NCBI GenBank assembly: GCA_913050175.1
Contig: CAJXAF010000002.1
Coordinates: forward strand, 185 to 64,184
Reading direction: 5' to 3'
DNA: 64,000 nucleotides
Source: an uncultured bacterium
GTDB taxonomy: Bacteria > Omnitrophota > Gorgyraeia > Duberdicusellales > 4484-171
A program made the position numbers and the translations under genes. Below the pieces are notes generated by a model. It had not been told where the DNA came from and searched no databases. It saw only the letters and a list, made by a program, of their open reading frames with translations. Of the stretch, positions 19,430 to 30,673 are shown piece by piece (within the stretch, counting starts at the first letter, position 1; each line of letters starts with the position of its first letter).

Positions 19430-20278
19430 TTATTTAGCTCTTTTTTTAGCGCGCCGTTTTACAATAAATTTATTACTTCGGCTGCGAGGATTCCTTGTTT
19501 TCGCACCTTTGGTTGGTTTACCCCAGGGTGTTACCGGATGGGGATTACCTTGTCCGGCTTTTCCTTCACCACCACCATGGGGATGGTCAACCGGATTCAT
19601 AGCCACACCTCTAACTTTAGGACGTCTTCCCAACCAGCGATTTCTTCCTGCTTTTCCGTGCCGGAATGAAGAGTGTTCAATCAACCCAACTTGACCTATG
19701 GTGGCACGACAATCAACCTTAATAAGTCGTATTTCACCTGATGGCATACGCAACTGGGCAAAGCCTTTTTCTTTTGCCATTAATTGAGCCCAACTTCCAG
19801 CACTGCGAGCCATAATAGCACCCTTGCCAGGAGTTAACTCCAAATTATGTACCAAGGTTCCCATAGGCATGTGTTTTAAACGCATAGCATTGCCGGGACG
19901 AATATCAATTTGAGAATCAAAAGCACTTACAATTTTATCGCCGACCTTAACTTTATCAGGCATAACAATATATCTTCTCTCCTTATCAGGATACTCTATA
20001 AGAGCGATTCGGGCACTTCGGTTGGGATCATACTCAATTGCAATAATCTCTCCTTCAACGTCAAATTTATCGCGCTTAAAATCGATTATTCTGTATTTTC
20101 TTTTCGCACCACCGCCACGACGGCGAATAGTTATCCTACCCCGATTATTTCTGCCGCCACTCTTCTTTAAGCTAACAAGAAGAGACTTCTCCGGCTGAGT
20201 CTTGGTCACTTCAGAAAAATCGGAAATCACCTTAAAACGTAAAGATGGCGTTATTGGTCTAAACTTTTTTACTCCCAT
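19430..20278 (-). CDS. rplB: 50S ribosomal protein L2
   Basis: 282 aa; [16 protein letters not shown]...[10 protein letters not shown]. Confidence 0.95.
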   Translation of the reverse strand: MGVKKFRPITPSLRFKVISDFSEVTKTQPEKSLLVSLKKSGGRNNRGRITIRRRGGGAKRKYRIIDFKRDKFDVEGEIIAIEYDPNRSARIALIEYPDKERRYIVMPDKVKVGDKIVSAFDSQIDIRPGNAMRLKHMPMGTLVHNLELTPGKGAIMARSAGSWAQLMAKEKGFAQLRMPSGEIRLIKVDCRATIGQVGLIEHSSFRHGKAGRNRWLGRRPKVRGVAMNPVDHPHGGGEGKAGQGNPHPVTPWGKPTKGAKTRNPRSRSNKFIVKRRAKKRAK

Positions 20279-20284
20279 AAAACT

Positions 20285-20575
20285 TTAATTTATTTTAATT
20301 TCAAACCCTTCCTTAAGAGTGACAATTGCTTTTTTCCAGTCAACTGTCTTACCTGGCTGATTAGCCCTGATTCTCTTCATCTTACCTTTTATAATCATAG
20401 AAGCGATCTTGTCTACTTTAACTTTATATATTTTTTCGACAGCTTGCTTTATCTCAATTTTATTAGCGTTCTTCTCAACGCAAAAAGCATATTTTCTATA
20501 GATAGCGTCCCGGCTTGACTTCTCGGTAACCAATAAAGACTTTAAGACTGAATAGAGGCTTTTTACTGTAGACAT
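20285..20575 (-). CDS. rplW: 50S ribosomal protein L23
   Basis: 96 aa; ...YAFCVEKNANKIEIKQAVEKIYKVKV. Confidence 0.9.
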   Translation of the reverse strand: MSTVKSLYSVLKSLLVTEKSSRDAIYRKYAFCVEKNANKIEIKQAVEKIYKVKVDKIASMIIKGKMKRIRANQPGKTVDWKKAIVTLKEGFEIKIN

Positions 20576-21240
20576 TTTTTAACTCTTTCTTCTATTTTAC
20601 CAATAGCACTCTTTGTTAGAACAAGCTCTTTACAATCAATTAAATCCTTAGCCTGGATATCACTTGCTCTAAGAAGGGCTACTTTTTGTATATTTCTTGA
20701 GGCACGCTTACTTTCAAGACTAAGCTCATCAACGACAAAATTAACTTTCTTTCCCGATAACTTTAAATTATCTATAATTTTTGAAAAATCCTTTGTTTTG
20801 TGAGATTTAACTTTTAAATCATCCAATAGCACTAGCTGATCATCGTTGAACTTAGCATTTAATGCACTTTTAACCGCTAAGATCTTCATCTTCTTAGGAA
20901 AATCTTTACGAAAAGAGTGTGGAAGCGGTCCAAAAGTAACACCGCCGCCTCGCCAAATAGGTGAGCGGTTTGAGCCGACTCTGGCCCGACCAGTGCCTTT
21001 CTGACGCCAAGGCTTCCTGCCGCCGCCTCTGACCTTACCCTTGGTTTTGGTAGAAGCCAAACCTTTTCGCTGGTTAGATAAATACGTAGTAATGGCTTGA
21101 TGCAGGAGTGTGCTATTGACTTGGCCGTCAAATACAGAAGAATCAAGGTTGTAATTACTAACAACGCTCCCTTTTACATCTAAGACATTTATCTTTAGAT
21201 CTTTGGTTTTCTTGGTTTGTTTTTTTGTATCTTTGCTCAT
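20563..21240 (-). CDS. rplD: 50S ribosomal protein L4
   Basis: 225 aa; QRKGLASTKTKGKVRGGGRKPWRQKGTGRAR. Confidence 0.9.
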   Translation of the reverse strand: MSKDTKKQTKKTKDLKINVLDVKGSVVSNYNLDSSVFDGQVNSTLLHQAITTYLSNQRKGLASTKTKGKVRGGGRKPWRQKGTGRARVGSNRSPIWRGGGVTFGPLPHSFRKDFPKKMKILAVKSALNAKFNDDQLVLLDDLKVKSHKTKDFSKIIDNLKLSGKKVNFVVDELSLESKRASRNIQKVALLRASDIQAKDLIDCKELVLTKSAIGKIEERVKKCLQ

Positions 21241-21242
21241 AG

Positions 21243-22001
21243 CTAAACTAATTTTCTTATTCTTACAACAGCTCCTCTTGCTCCTGGTATGCTACCTTTA
21301 AGAAAGAGAAGATTCTTTTCTTTATCTATTCTTAAAACCTTTATATTAGTAATTGTTCTTGGTGCATTGCCCATATGACCAGGCATCCTAAGACCCTTCA
21401 TTACTCTTGAGGGGTATGCAGAGGCACCAATAGAACCAACACGCCTATGCATAGTTGAACCATGCCCTCCAGGCTGACCTGACCAATTATGTCTCTTCAT
21501 GCCTCCGGTGAAACCTCGGCCTTTAGTATTGGTTTGAGCATCCACCTTATCGCCTTCTTTGAAAATCTCTAATCCTACTATTCTTGGATCACTTGGTTCT
21601 TTCACCTCTTCTACTTTCTCACTTCCCTCTTCTACTTCTTCACCCTTGTCTTCTTTAACTCCTTCACCTGCCACCTCTTCCACCTGTTTACCTGCATCCA
21701 CCGGCTTCTCTCCAGATAAAAAAGACAAGTCTGCCGAGCTTTCAGCTTCAACCTCTTTTATGAGTTTATAAGGACTTAAGCCTAACTTGTCAAAATAACC
21801 TTTAACTGGCTTAGTGAGCTTTTTGACCCTATTGGCAGCGACCTTAAAGCAACCTATTTTTACCCTGGTTTTATTCTCATACTCTATTTTTTCCAAGATA
21901 CAAATAGGCTCCACTTCTAGAAGAGTTGTTGCAATCGCATCACCTTCTTCAGTGAAGATTTGAGTCATACCAATTTTTTTTCCGTAAATTTCTTTTAACA
22001 T
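21243..22001 (-). CDS. rplC: 50S ribosomal protein L3 with ~45-aa acidic internal insertion
   Basis: 252 aa; N-terminus MLKEIYGKKIGMTQIFTEEG and C-terminal KGFTGGMKRHNWSGQPGGHGS are L3. A Glu/Lys/Val-rich insert (VDAGKQVEEVAGEGVKEDKGEEVEEGSEKVEEVKE) lengthens it relative to ~210-aa L3s. Confidence 0.9.
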   Translation of the reverse strand: MLKEIYGKKIGMTQIFTEEGDAIATTLLEVEPICILEKIEYENKTRVKIGCFKVAANRVKKLTKPVKGYFDKLGLSPYKLIKEVEAESSADLSFLSGEKPVDAGKQVEEVAGEGVKEDKGEEVEEGSEKVEEVKEPSDPRIVGLEIFKEGDKVDAQTNTKGRGFTGGMKRHNWSGQPGGHGSTMHRRVGSIGASAYPSRVMKGLRMPGHMGNAPRTITNIKVLRIDKEKNLLFLKGSIPGARGAVVRIRKLV

Positions 22002-22043
22002 CTTTCTAACATTTTGTCCTTACAACCTCTAAAGACAAATATA

Positions 22044-22082
22044 GCAGATGAACACAAAACTCGTGATTATGTATTCATCTGC
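22044..22082 (-). promoter_or_regulatory. RNA stem-loop in the rpsJ-rplC intergenic spacer
   Basis: 12-nt arms GCAGATGAACAC / GTATTCATCTGC flank a 15-nt loop. The plus-strand DNA has one C/A mismatch, which in the sense (minus-strand) mRNA becomes a U:G wobble, giving an uninterrupted 12-bp RNA stem. Confidence 0.4.
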
Positions 22083-22099
22083 GTTAATTTTTCTGCAGC

Positions 22100-22408
22100 T
22101 TAGGTTTCTTGTTTGATTTCAACATTAACGCCGGCTGGTAAATTCAACTTGCGTAACGCATCAACAGTCTTAGCTGTAGGGTTTTCTAAGTCAATAATCC
22201 GCTTATGAATCGCTAGCATAAATTGCTCACGTGATTTCTTATCCACGTTAGTTGAGCGATTCACAGTATAAATCTTCTTCTTTGTAGGCATAGGCATCGG
22301 ACCATTAACTTTAGCGCCTGTTCTTAAAGCTACTTCGGCAATATCTTGAGCAGATTGATCAAGAATGCGGTGGTCAAAAGCCTTTAATTTAATCCTTAAT
22401 TTAAGCAT
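22100..22408 (-). CDS. rpsJ: 30S ribosomal protein S10
   Basis: 102 aa; [20 protein letters not shown]... Confidence 0.95.
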   Translation of the reverse strand: MLKLRIKLKAFDHRILDQSAQDIAEVALRTGAKVNGPMPMPTKKKIYTVNRSTNVDKKSREQFMLAIHKRIIDLENPTAKTVDALRKLNLPAGVNVEIKQET

Positions 22409-22448
22409 TGCTATTCTTATACCTTTAGTTCTGAAAACTTCTTATGAC

Positions 22449-23657
22449 TTATTCAGTTATCTCAGTAACTACACCAGCGCCCACTGTTCTTCCGCCTTCA
22501 CGGACAGCAAACCTTAACTCTTTTTCACAAGCTACAGGTTGAATAAGCTCCACGTCTAATTCAATATTATCACCAGGCATAACCATTTCTACGCCGGCAG
22601 GCAATTTACAAGTTCCGGTTACATCTGTAGTTCTAAAATAAAATTGCGGCCTATATCCACCAAAGAAAGGAGTGTGTCTTCCACCTTCTTCTTTCTTTAA
22701 AGCGTAAATTTTAGCCTTAAACTTCTTATGAGGCGTGATTGATCCTGGCTTTGCCATAACCATACCTCTTTCAACATCTTCTTTTTCAATTCCCCGCAAA
22801 AGCAAACCCACGTTGTCACCAGCTTGACCTTCATCAAGAAGTTTTCGAAACATCTCTACTCCGGTGACGACTGTCTTTTTGCTTTCTTCATTTATACCTA
22901 CCATTTCGATTTCTTCACTTACTTTAACCTTTCCTCTTTCAATTCTTCCGGTAACAACCGTTCCCCGGCCAGAAATTGAAAACACATCTTCAATAGCCAT
23001 AAGAAATGGCTTATCAATTTCTCTCTTAGGTGTAGGTATGTGCTCGTCAACTGCTTTCATTAACTCAATGATACACTTACACTCTTCACTATCAGCACCT
23101 TTTCCGGCTGTTGCAGCTTCTAAAGCTTTTAAAGCTGAACCCTTAACTATGGGTATATCTTTGCCTGGAAATTCGTACTTAGTAAGTAAATCTCTTACCT
23201 CTTCTTCAACTAACTCAACTAGTTCAGGGTCATCCATTTGATCAACCTTGTTGACAAAAACAACAAGAGCCGGAACATTAACCTGACGAGCTAGAAGAAT
23301 ATGCTCTCGAGTCTGTGGCATTGGCCCATCAGTAGCAGCTACTACAAGAATAGCTCCATCCATTTGAGCAGCACCAGTAATCATATTTTTAATATAGTCC
23401 GCGTGACCAGGACAATCAATGTGAGCATAATGACGATTATCTGTCTCATACTCAACGTGAGTAATATTGATAGTTACGCCTCTTTCCTTCTCTTCAGGGG
23501 CTTTATCAATATCCTCAAATTTAAGAGCTTGAGCCTTTCCTAAAGCAGCTAAAGTCTGAGTTATAGCCGCAGTAAGCGTAGTCTTACCATGGTCAACGTG
23601 ACCTATGGTACCAATATTAAGATGGGGCTTTGTCCTAACAAATTTCTCCTTTCCCAT
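22449..23657 (-). CDS. tuf: elongation factor Tu
   Basis: 402 aa; [27 protein letters not shown]. Confidence 0.97.
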   Translation of the reverse strand: MGKEKFVRTKPHLNIGTIGHVDHGKTTLTAAITQTLAALGKAQALKFEDIDKAPEEKERGVTINITHVEYETDNRHYAHIDCPGHADYIKNMITGAAQMDGAILVVAATDGPMPQTREHILLARQVNVPALVVFVNKVDQMDDPELVELVEEEVRDLLTKYEFPGKDIPIVKGSALKALEAATAGKGADSEECKCIIELMKAVDEHIPTPKREIDKPFLMAIEDVFSISGRGTVVTGRIERGKVKVSEEIEMVGINEESKKTVVTGVEMFRKLLDEGQAGDNVGLLLRGIEKEDVERGMVMAKPGSITPHKKFKAKIYALKKEEGGRHTPFFGGYRPQFYFRTTDVTGTCKLPAGVEMVMPGDNIELDVELIQPVACEKELRFAVREGGRTVGAGVVTEITE

Positions 23658-23675
23658 GCTACACCTCCTCCTTCA

Positions 23676-25742
23676 TTAAATACCTAATATCTTTAATAAT
23701 AGTTCTTCGGGAACCTTTTCGTAATACGAAGGCTCTATTGTATAAGATGCCCTTCCTTGTGTCAAGTTTCTTATTGCATCTGCATAATTAAAAGCTTCTG
23801 ACAGGGGGACATCGGTTCTTACGATCCTCAGATTCTTACGCTCCTTAATGGACGATATCTTTGCGCGTCTAGTATTTAAGTCGCCAATAACCTGGCTAAC
23901 GTATTCGGTTGGAGTAACAACTTCTAAGTCCATTACCGGTTCAAGCAAAACTGATTTTGCCTTACGAAGGCTTTCCTTTACTGCCATCTCAGCAGCCACC
24001 TTAAAACTTAATTCAGAAGAATCAACATCGTGGAAAGATCCGTCTATTAAGGTAAATTTAACATCAACGACTGGATATCCGCCTAGAGTTCCGCTGCTTG
24101 AGGCCTCTTCGACACCCTCTTTTACTGCCGGCATAAACTCTTTTGGAATTGCTCCGGCTTTAATCTTATTTTCAAATATAATACCTTTGCTCTTAGCTAA
24201 GGGCTCTACCAGCAAGACAACATGTCCGTATTGACCACGACCACCGGTTTGCTGGATAAATTTACCCACGGCTTCAACTCTTTTGGTAATTGTCTCTTTA
24301 TAGGCAACCTGAGGCTTACCTATATTAGCTTGCACGCTAAATTCTTTAATTAATCTATCTACCATAATTTCCAAATGGAGTTGACCCATACCAGAAATTA
24401 TATTCTGACCGGTTTCCCGATTATAATTAACCTTAAAAGATGGATCCTCATCAGATAACTTTCCTAAGGCTGTGAAAAGCTTTTCCTGATCTGTTTTTGT
24501 TCGTGGCTCTATGGCTAAAGAAACTACTGGTTCAGGAAATTTAATTTCTTCTAAAAGCATCGGGTGGCGAGAATTGCATAGGGTATCTCCGGTAGTAGTT
24601 TGTTTTAAGCCCACCAAACAAACTATATCACCAGCCGTAGCCTCATTGATCATCTCCTGTTTATTTGCATGCATACGCAATATTTTAGTAACTTTTTCAT
24701 TTATTTTCTTAGTAGCGTTATAAATTGATGAAGAAGCTGATATTTTACCTGAATAAACTCTTGTGTAGTAAAGCTTGCCCACAAAAGGGTCTGAAAATAC
24801 CTTAAAGCATAAAGCGCAAGTAAGTTTGCTATTGTCCGGATCTATTGAAGCCTCTTGATCTGTCTTTACATCAAGACCGTTTATCGTTGTCGCTTCTTGA
24901 GGCGATGGTAAATAAGCGCTGACTGCATCAAGAAGTTGCTGTATTCCCTTATTTTTTAAGGATGAACCACAGAAAATCGGAACAAATTTATTCATTATAG
25001 TGTATTTTCTTATAGCGGAACTTATCTCCTCATTGGTAATCTTCTCTCCCTCAATCACCCTATGCATAAAACTGTCATCTAACTCTGCTAATTTTTCAAT
25101 CAGAAGATCTTTGTATTTTCCAGCTTTCTCTAAGTAATCTTGAGGAATCTCTTTAGTTACAACCTTAGTTCCAAATTCATCTTCATAGAAATAAACTTTA
25201 TCAGCAACCAAATCTATAACTCCCATAAATTCATCATCTTTATAGTATGGTATTTGCAACGGTGAAAGCAGCATTTGCAGCTTCTCTTTCATATCATCAA
25301 CTACATTGTAGAAATCAGCACCATTGCGATCCATCTTATTAATAAAGGCGATGCGAGGAATTTGATATTTATCAGCCTGACGCCAAACTGTTTCTGACTG
25401 GGGTTCAACACCACCTACGGCACAAAAAATAACAACCACCCCGTCTAGAACTTTTAAAGATCGTTCAACCTCAACCGTAAAATCAATATGCCCAGGAGTA
25501 TCAATAATATTTATCTGTGTATCTTTCCAGGTGCAATAAGTAGCAGCACTGGTAATAGTTATACCTCGCTCTTTTTCTTGCGACATCCAATCGGTTATAG
25601 TGGTTCCCTCATGGACTTCACCCATTTTATAAGTTTTCCCGGTATAAAAGAGTATTCTTTCTGTAGTCGTAGTCTTACCGGCATCAATATGAGCTATAAA
25701 ACCAATATTGCGGATAGTTTCTAATCCTGTTTTCTTTGACAT
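23676..25742 (-). CDS. fusA: elongation factor G
   Basis: Conserved N-terminus MSKKTGLETIRNIGFIAHIDAGKTTTTERIL starts at the ATG at 25742; the ORF-track start at 25793 adds 17 unconserved residues and would overlap rpsG. G domain plus domains II-V present. Confidence 0.95.
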   Translation of the reverse strand: MSKKTGLETIRNIGFIAHIDAGKTTTTERILFYTGKTYKMGEVHEGTTITDWMSQEKERGITITSAATYCTWKDTQINIIDTPGHIDFTVEVERSLKVLDGVVVIFCAVGGVEPQSETVWRQADKYQIPRIAFINKMDRNGADFYNVVDDMKEKLQMLLSPLQIPYYKDDEFMGVIDLVADKVYFYEDEFGTKVVTKEIPQDYLEKAGKYKDLLIEKLAELDDSFMHRVIEGEKITNEEISSAIRKYTIMNKFVPIFCGSSLKNKGIQQLLDAVSAYLPSPQEATTINGLDVKTDQEASIDPDNSKLTCALCFKVFSDPFVGKLYYTRVYSGKISASSSIYNATKKINEKVTKILRMHANKQEMINEATAGDIVCLVGLKQTTTGDTLCNSRHPMLLEEIKFPEPVVSLAIEPRTKTDQEKLFTALGKLSDEDPSFKVNYNRETGQNIISGMGQLHLEIMVDRLIKEFSVQANIGKPQVAYKETITKRVEAVGKFIQQTGGRGQYGHVVLLVEPLAKSKGIIFENKIKAGAIPKEFMPAVKEGVEEASSSGTLGGYPVVDVKFTLIDGSFHDVDSSELSFKVAAEMAVKESLRKAKSVLLEPVMDLEVVTPTEYVSQVIGDLNTRRAKISSIKERKNLRIVRTDVPLSEAFNYADAIRNLTQGRASYTIEPSYYEKVPEELLLKILGI

Positions 25743-25789
25743 AACTTCTATTTTACTCACTATTACTAACCCAACTGTTGTTTTAAGAA

Positions 25790-26257
25790 TCAATACCTGA
25801 AATGAGCAAAAGCTCTATTAGCTTCAGCCATTTTATGCGTATCTTCACGTTTCTTAACTATTGCTCCTTCATTTTTAAAAGCTGCAAGGATCTCTTCAGC
25901 CAATTTATCCTTCATTGGTCTACCTTTTTTCTTTAAGGCAAAGTCTTTAATCCAGCGCAAGACCGTTGACATGCCTTTTTCTTTGGTGACCTCCATAGGA
26001 ACTTGATAGGTAGCTCCACCAATTCTTCTCGGCTTAACTGCCACACGTGGGCGGGCATTATCCAAAGCAGAAAAGAATACCTTTAAAGGGTCGTCCTTCT
26101 GCTTTTGGGCAACGATATCAAGAGCACCATAAACAATTCGTTGAGCAGTACTCTTTTTTCCGTCACGCATAATAATGTTAATTAGTTGCCCAAGTACTTC
26201 TGAATCATATTTAGGATCTGTTACAACATCCCTTTTTGGGGCTCTTCTTCTTCTCAT
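25790..26257 (-). CDS. rpsG: 30S ribosomal protein S7
   Basis: 155 aa; MRRRRAPKRDV.PD..Y.S. Confidence 0.95.
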   Translation of the reverse strand: MRRRRAPKRDVVTDPKYDSEVLGQLINIIMRDGKKSTAQRIVYGALDIVAQKQKDDPLKVFFSALDNARPRVAVKPRRIGGATYQVPMEVTKEKGMSTVLRWIKDFALKKKGRPMKDKLAEEILAAFKNEGAIVKKREDTHKMAEANRAFAHFRY

Positions 26258-26286
26258 GCTATATTAACTCCTTAAATTTTTAGTCT

Positions 26287-26667
26287 CTACTTACCCTTTT
26301 TAGGCCGCTTTGCGCCATATTTAGAACGTGACTGCTTTCTATTTTGTACACCCTGGCAATCAAGTGTACCTCTGACTATATGATATCTTACTCCCGGTAA
26401 ATCTTTAACTCTTCCTCCTCTAACCAAAACTATAGAGTGCTCTTGTAAATTATGGCCTTCACCAGGTATGTAGGCTGTTACTTCCTGACGATTAGTTAAC
26501 CGTACTCTGGCAATCTTTCTCAGGGCAGAGTTAGGCTTCTTAGGGGTCATGGTTTTAACCTGCAAACAAACTCCCCGTTTTTGCGGACACTGTTGCAAGG
26601 ATGGAGACTTACCTTTCTTTTTCTTATCAACTCTTGATTTCCTAATTAATTGCATTATAGTCGGCAT
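26287..26667 (-). CDS. rpsL: 30S ribosomal protein S12
   Basis: 126 aa; [10 protein letters not shown]...[54 protein letters not shown]. Confidence 0.97.
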   Translation of the reverse strand: MPTIMQLIRKSRVDKKKKGKSPSLQQCPQKRGVCLQVKTMTPKKPNSALRKIARVRLTNRQEVTAYIPGEGHNLQEHSIVLVRGGRVKDLPGVRYHIVRGTLDCQGVQNRKQSRSKYGAKRPKKGK

Positions 26668-26692
26668 GTATCTACTCCCTTTGACTTATGTT

Positions 26693-29600
26693 TTAAGATT
26701 TCTTAACCTCTATGTCCCGATATCGTTTCAACCCTGTTCCGGCTGGAATAAGGTGACCAACAATAACATTTTCTTTTAAACCTTGGAGATGATCTACTTT
26801 ACCAGCAGTTGCCGCATCAGCTAAAATACGAGTCGTCTCCTGAAAACTGGCAGCTGAGATAAAGCTCTTGGTGCTTAAAGAAGCTTTAGTTATTCCCAAA
26901 AGAAGTGGTGATGCTGTAGCCGGTTTCCCATTTTTCTTAATAATTTTTTCGTTTTCTTTTCTAAAATCCCACTTATCGACAGCTTCTCCCGGTAAAAAAT
27001 CACTATCTCCCGGATCTCCTATTTTAACCTTCTTAAGCATCTCGCGAATTATAACCTCAATATGCTTATCATTTATACGCACACCCTGAAGTCTATAGAT
27101 TTCCTGGATCTCATTAACTAGGTGTTCTTGCAAAACTTTATCTCCACAAACTCTCAATATATCCTGCAAAACTATCGGCCCCTCTATTAACTGCTGACCA
27201 GCAGCCACTTCATCACCCCTGTACACTATAGGATGCGACCCAACTGGAATAGCATACTCTCTTTTCATGCCAGTAGGGCTGCGCACGATAACTTTTCTTT
27301 CACCCTTTTCTTCAGCAAATTCAATAAACCCGTCGATCTCACTGATAACTGCCGGATTCTTTGGACGTCTTGCTTCAAAAAGTTCAGCCACTCTAGGTAG
27401 ACCACCAGTAATATCTCTGGTTTTTGCTACTAGGCGAGGGGTTTTAGCAATTACATCACCAGCCTCAACAACAGTACCTTCTTCAACCATAATATGGGCA
27501 CCGGTTGGTAAGGGGTAAAAGCCTATAACTTCATCCTTATCAGAAAGAATCAGGACTTGAGGATGGTAGTCACTCTTAAACTCAATTACAACTCTTTCTT
27601 TCCTTCCGGTTGTGATATTCATCTCTTCCTGAATGGTAATTTTGTTTATAATATCTTCATACTTGACCTTACCACCAACTTCAATAAGAATCGGTGAGGA
27701 GTAAGGATCCCAACGAACGAATATTTTATCTTTTTGTATTTCGCCATTATCAGGGATTAAAATCGAAGCACCTTGAGGTACTGGGTTTCTTTGCAATTCT
27801 ATTCCCCGAGGATCATTAACGCTTATCATTCCGTTTCTGTTAAGCACAACAAAGTTACGGCCTTTAGGAGCAATTTTTAAATTATGATATTTAACAATTC
27901 CCTTTTCTCTGGACTTGATGAAAGCTCTTTCAGCTACTCTTGAGGCAGTACCACCAATATGAAAAGTTCTCATAGTAAGCTGTGTTCCCGGCTCGCCGAT
28001 AGATTGAGCAGCAATTACACCTACTGCAGTGCCTATTTCAACCAATTTTCTGGTAGCTAAATTTCGTCCGTAACACTTAACACAACAACCTCGCTCTGAC
28101 TCACAAGTCAAAACGCTTCTAATTCTTATTTTCTCAAGACCTAATCTATCAATCTTGTCAGCTTTTCCGGCAGTAATAACATCGCCAGTTTTAATAATAA
28201 GTTCATCGCTAACAACATCAACAACGTTATCTAAGCCAACCCGGCCGACAATTCTTTCCTTTAAAGTAACAGCTACCTCTTCTCCCTCGACAATTTCTGC
28301 AACTGTGATCCCGTTAACAGTACCACAATCATCTTCAACTATAATTACCTCCTGAGCTACATCAACCAAACGTCTGGTAAGATATCCGGCATCAGCTGTC
28401 TTTAAAGCAGTGTCAGCCAAACCTTTCCTGGCGCCGTGAGTAGAGATAAAGTATTCTAAAACAGTTAGACCCTCCTTAAAGTTTGAAGTTATCGGAATTT
28501 CAATAATTTCACCGGAAGGTTTAGCCATAAGGCCTCTCATTCCGGCAAGTTGCCTAACTTGAGTTTTCGAGCCACGAGCTCCAGAATCAGCCATCATGAA
28601 TACCGGGTTAAATCGGCTCATATTAGCAAAAACAAGATCGGAAACTTTATCGTTTGTTCTAGTCCAAACGTCAATGATCTTATTGTGACGCTCTCTTTCA
28701 GTAATAATTCCTCGACGATACTGTTCCTCCACTTTAGCCAGTTCATTATTAGCTTCTTCAATGCAGGCGTGTTTTTGCTCAGGTATCTCAAGGTCATCGA
28801 GGGAAATACTTATGCCACCTAAGGTAGCGTACTCAAAACCAAGGTCCTTTATATCATCTAAGAGTTTAATTACGGCACTATGGCCAAACTTCTTATAAGA
28901 CTCACTAACAATTTCTGAAACCTGTTTTTTGCCTAAAGACTCATTGACATAACGAAACCCTTTAGGCAGTATTTGATTAAAAATAACTCTGCCGGTAGTT
29001 GTCTCAATTACTTTTCTTTCTCCATTATCCTGAATCCTGAGTTTAATTTTTGCATGTAAGTGCACTTCTTCATCCTGATAAGCAGTGAATACTTCCTGGG
29101 CGTCAGAAAAGAATATACCTTCACCCTTAACTTTTGGCATTTGGAGGGTGAGATAACGAAGACCAATTATCATATCCTGACTGGGAGCGATAACCGGTCT
29201 ACCATCAGAGGGTGAAAAAATATTATTTACTGAGAGCATAATTATTTTTGCTTCGGCTTGAGCCTCCAAAGAAAGGGGCAAATGAACTGCCATCTGGTCT
29301 CCGTCAAAATCAGCATTAAAAGCGGCACAAACCAAAGGATGAAGTTTAATGGCTTTACCTTCAACTAAGATCGGATAAAAAGCCTGTATACTTAGGCGGT
29401 GAAGAGTTGGAGCGCGGTTAAGCATTACCGGATGTCCTTGAATAACATCCTCTAAGATATCCCAAACCTCAACCTTTGCTCTTTCAACCATTCTTCTTGC
29501 ACCCTTTATCGTATGAACAAAACCTTTTTCTCGTAATTTCTTGATTATAAATGGCTCTACCAACTCTAAGGCCATCTGTTTGGGAATGCCACATTGATAT

Positions 29601-30658
29601 AGTTTTAAGTCTGGACCAACAACTATAACACTTCGTCCAGAATAATCGACTCGCTTACCTAAAAGATTCTGTCGAAAACGACCCTGCTTTCCCTTAAGCA
29701 TGTCCGATAAGCTTTTTAAAGGACGATTCTGAGGACCAACAACCGGTCGCCCATGACGACCGTTCTCAATGACTGCATCAACTGCTTCCTGAAGCATCCT
29801 TTTCTCATTACGTATAATAATATCAGGAGCACCTAAAGAAATTAATTTCTTTAAACGGTTATTTCTATTGATTACCCTTCTATATAAGTCGTTTAAATCG
29901 CTGGAAGCGAATCTCCCTCCTTCTAAGGGAACTAAAGGTCTTAGATCAGGCGGAATTATTGGCAAAGAATCAAGTATCATCCAGTCACATTCATTGCCAG
30001 AACGTCTCATGTCTTCAACAATCTTAAGTCTCTTAAGGAGCCTAGTATTAACACTTGCCTTACCCTTTTCTAAACTCTTTCTAATAGCTTTGCTTACCTT
30101 AGGCAGATCAACTTCTTGCAGCAATTGCTTCACTGCTTCAGCGCCTATTTCAGCTTTAAAGTCAGAACCATGCTCCTCAATGCCTTTTCTATACTCCTTT
30201 TCACGCAGTAACTGCATCCTCTTAAAAGGTGTAGTACCGGGATCAATAACTACATACTCTTCATAATATATTACTTTCTCTAACTGCTTAATACTTAGAT
30301 CTAGGAGAGCTCCGATTCGGGAAGGGAGTACTTTAAAAAACCAAATGTGAGTAACTGGTGCAGCCAAATCAATATGCCCCATGCGCTGCCTGCGTACTGA
30401 TGAGTGCAGAACTTCAACTCCACAACGATCACACTTTGTACCCTTGAACTTAATACCTTTTAACTTACCGCAATGACATTCCCAATCTTTAGCTGGACCA
30501 AAGATTCTTTCGCAAAAAAGTCCATCCTTTTCCGGCTTTAAAGTACGGTAATTTAAAGTCTCGGCTTTTTTTACTTCTCCTGAAGACCAGTTTCGAATAA
30601 CATCTGGTGCTGCTAACTTTATTGTAATTCGATCAAAAAATGCACCTTCTTCCAGCAT
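26693..30658 (-). CDS. rpoC: DNA-directed RNA polymerase subunit beta-prime
   Basis: 1321 aa; Zn-finger CHCGK...CDRCGVEV, catalytic [12 protein letters not shown], trigger loop and bridge helix regions. Confidence 0.97.
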   Translation of the reverse strand: MLEEGAFFDRITIKLAAPDVIRNWSSGEVKKAETLNYRTLKPEKDGLFCERIFGPAKDWECHCGKLKGIKFKGTKCDRCGVEVLHSSVRRQRMGHIDLAAPVTHIWFFKVLPSRIGALLDLSIKQLEKVIYYEEYVVIDPGTTPFKRMQLLREKEYRKGIEEHGSDFKAEIGAEAVKQLLQEVDLPKVSKAIRKSLEKGKASVNTRLLKRLKIVEDMRRSGNECDWMILDSLPIIPPDLRPLVPLEGGRFASSDLNDLYRRVINRNNRLKKLISLGAPDIIIRNEKRMLQEAVDAVIENGRHGRPVVGPQNRPLKSLSDMLKGKQGRFRQNLLGKRVDYSGRSVIVVGPDLKLYQCGIPKQMALELVEPFIIKKLREKGFVHTIKGARRMVERAKVEVWDILEDVIQGHPVMLNRAPTLHRLSIQAFYPILVEGKAIKLHPLVCAAFNADFDGDQMAVHLPLSLEAQAEAKIIMLSVNNIFSPSDGRPVIAPSQDMIIGLRYLTLQMPKVKGEGIFFSDAQEVFTAYQDEEVHLHAKIKLRIQDNGERKVIETTTGRVIFNQILPKGFRYVNESLGKKQVSEIVSESYKKFGHSAVIKLLDDIKDLGFEYATLGGISISLDDLEIPEQKHACIEEANNELAKVEEQYRRGIITERERHNKIIDVWTRTNDKVSDLVFANMSRFNPVFMMADSGARGSKTQVRQLAGMRGLMAKPSGEIIEIPITSNFKEGLTVLEYFISTHGARKGLADTALKTADAGYLTRRLVDVAQEVIIVEDDCGTVNGITVAEIVEGEEVAVTLKERIVGRVGLDNVVDVVSDELIIKTGDVITAGKADKIDRLGLEKIRIRSVLTCESERGCCVKCYGRNLATRKLVEIGTAVGVIAAQSIGEPGTQLTMRTFHIGGTASRVAERAFIKSREKGIVKYHNLKIAPKGRNFVVLNRNGMISVNDPRGIELQRNPVPQGASILIPDNGEIQKDKIFVRWDPYSSPILIEVGGKVKYEDIINKITIQEEMNITTGRKERVVIEFKSDYHPQVLILSDKDEVIGFYPLPTGAHIMVEEGTVVEAGDVIAKTPRLVAKTRDITGGLPRVAELFEARRPKNPAVISEIDGFIEFAEEKGERKVIVRSPTGMKREYAIPVGSHPIVYRGDEVAAGQQLIEGPIVLQDILRVCGDKVLQEHLVNEIQEIYRLQGVRINDKHIEVIIREMLKKVKIGDPGDSDFLPGEAVDKWDFRKENEKIIKKNGKPATASPLLLGITKASLSTKSFISAASFQETTRILADAATAGKVDHLQGLKENVIVGHLIPAGTGLKRYRDIEVKKS

Positions 30659-30673
30659 ATTTTCTCCTATATT

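Noticed and set aside
19011-19694. 227-aa plus-strand ORF, the largest plus-strand ORF in the window
   Set aside because: It lies entirely antisense to rpsS and the 3' part of rplB, whose proteins are unambiguous. Its amino-acid composition is Pro/Leu/Phe-rich low-complexity typical of antisense frames of AT-rich coding DNA. There is no RBS or homology signal.
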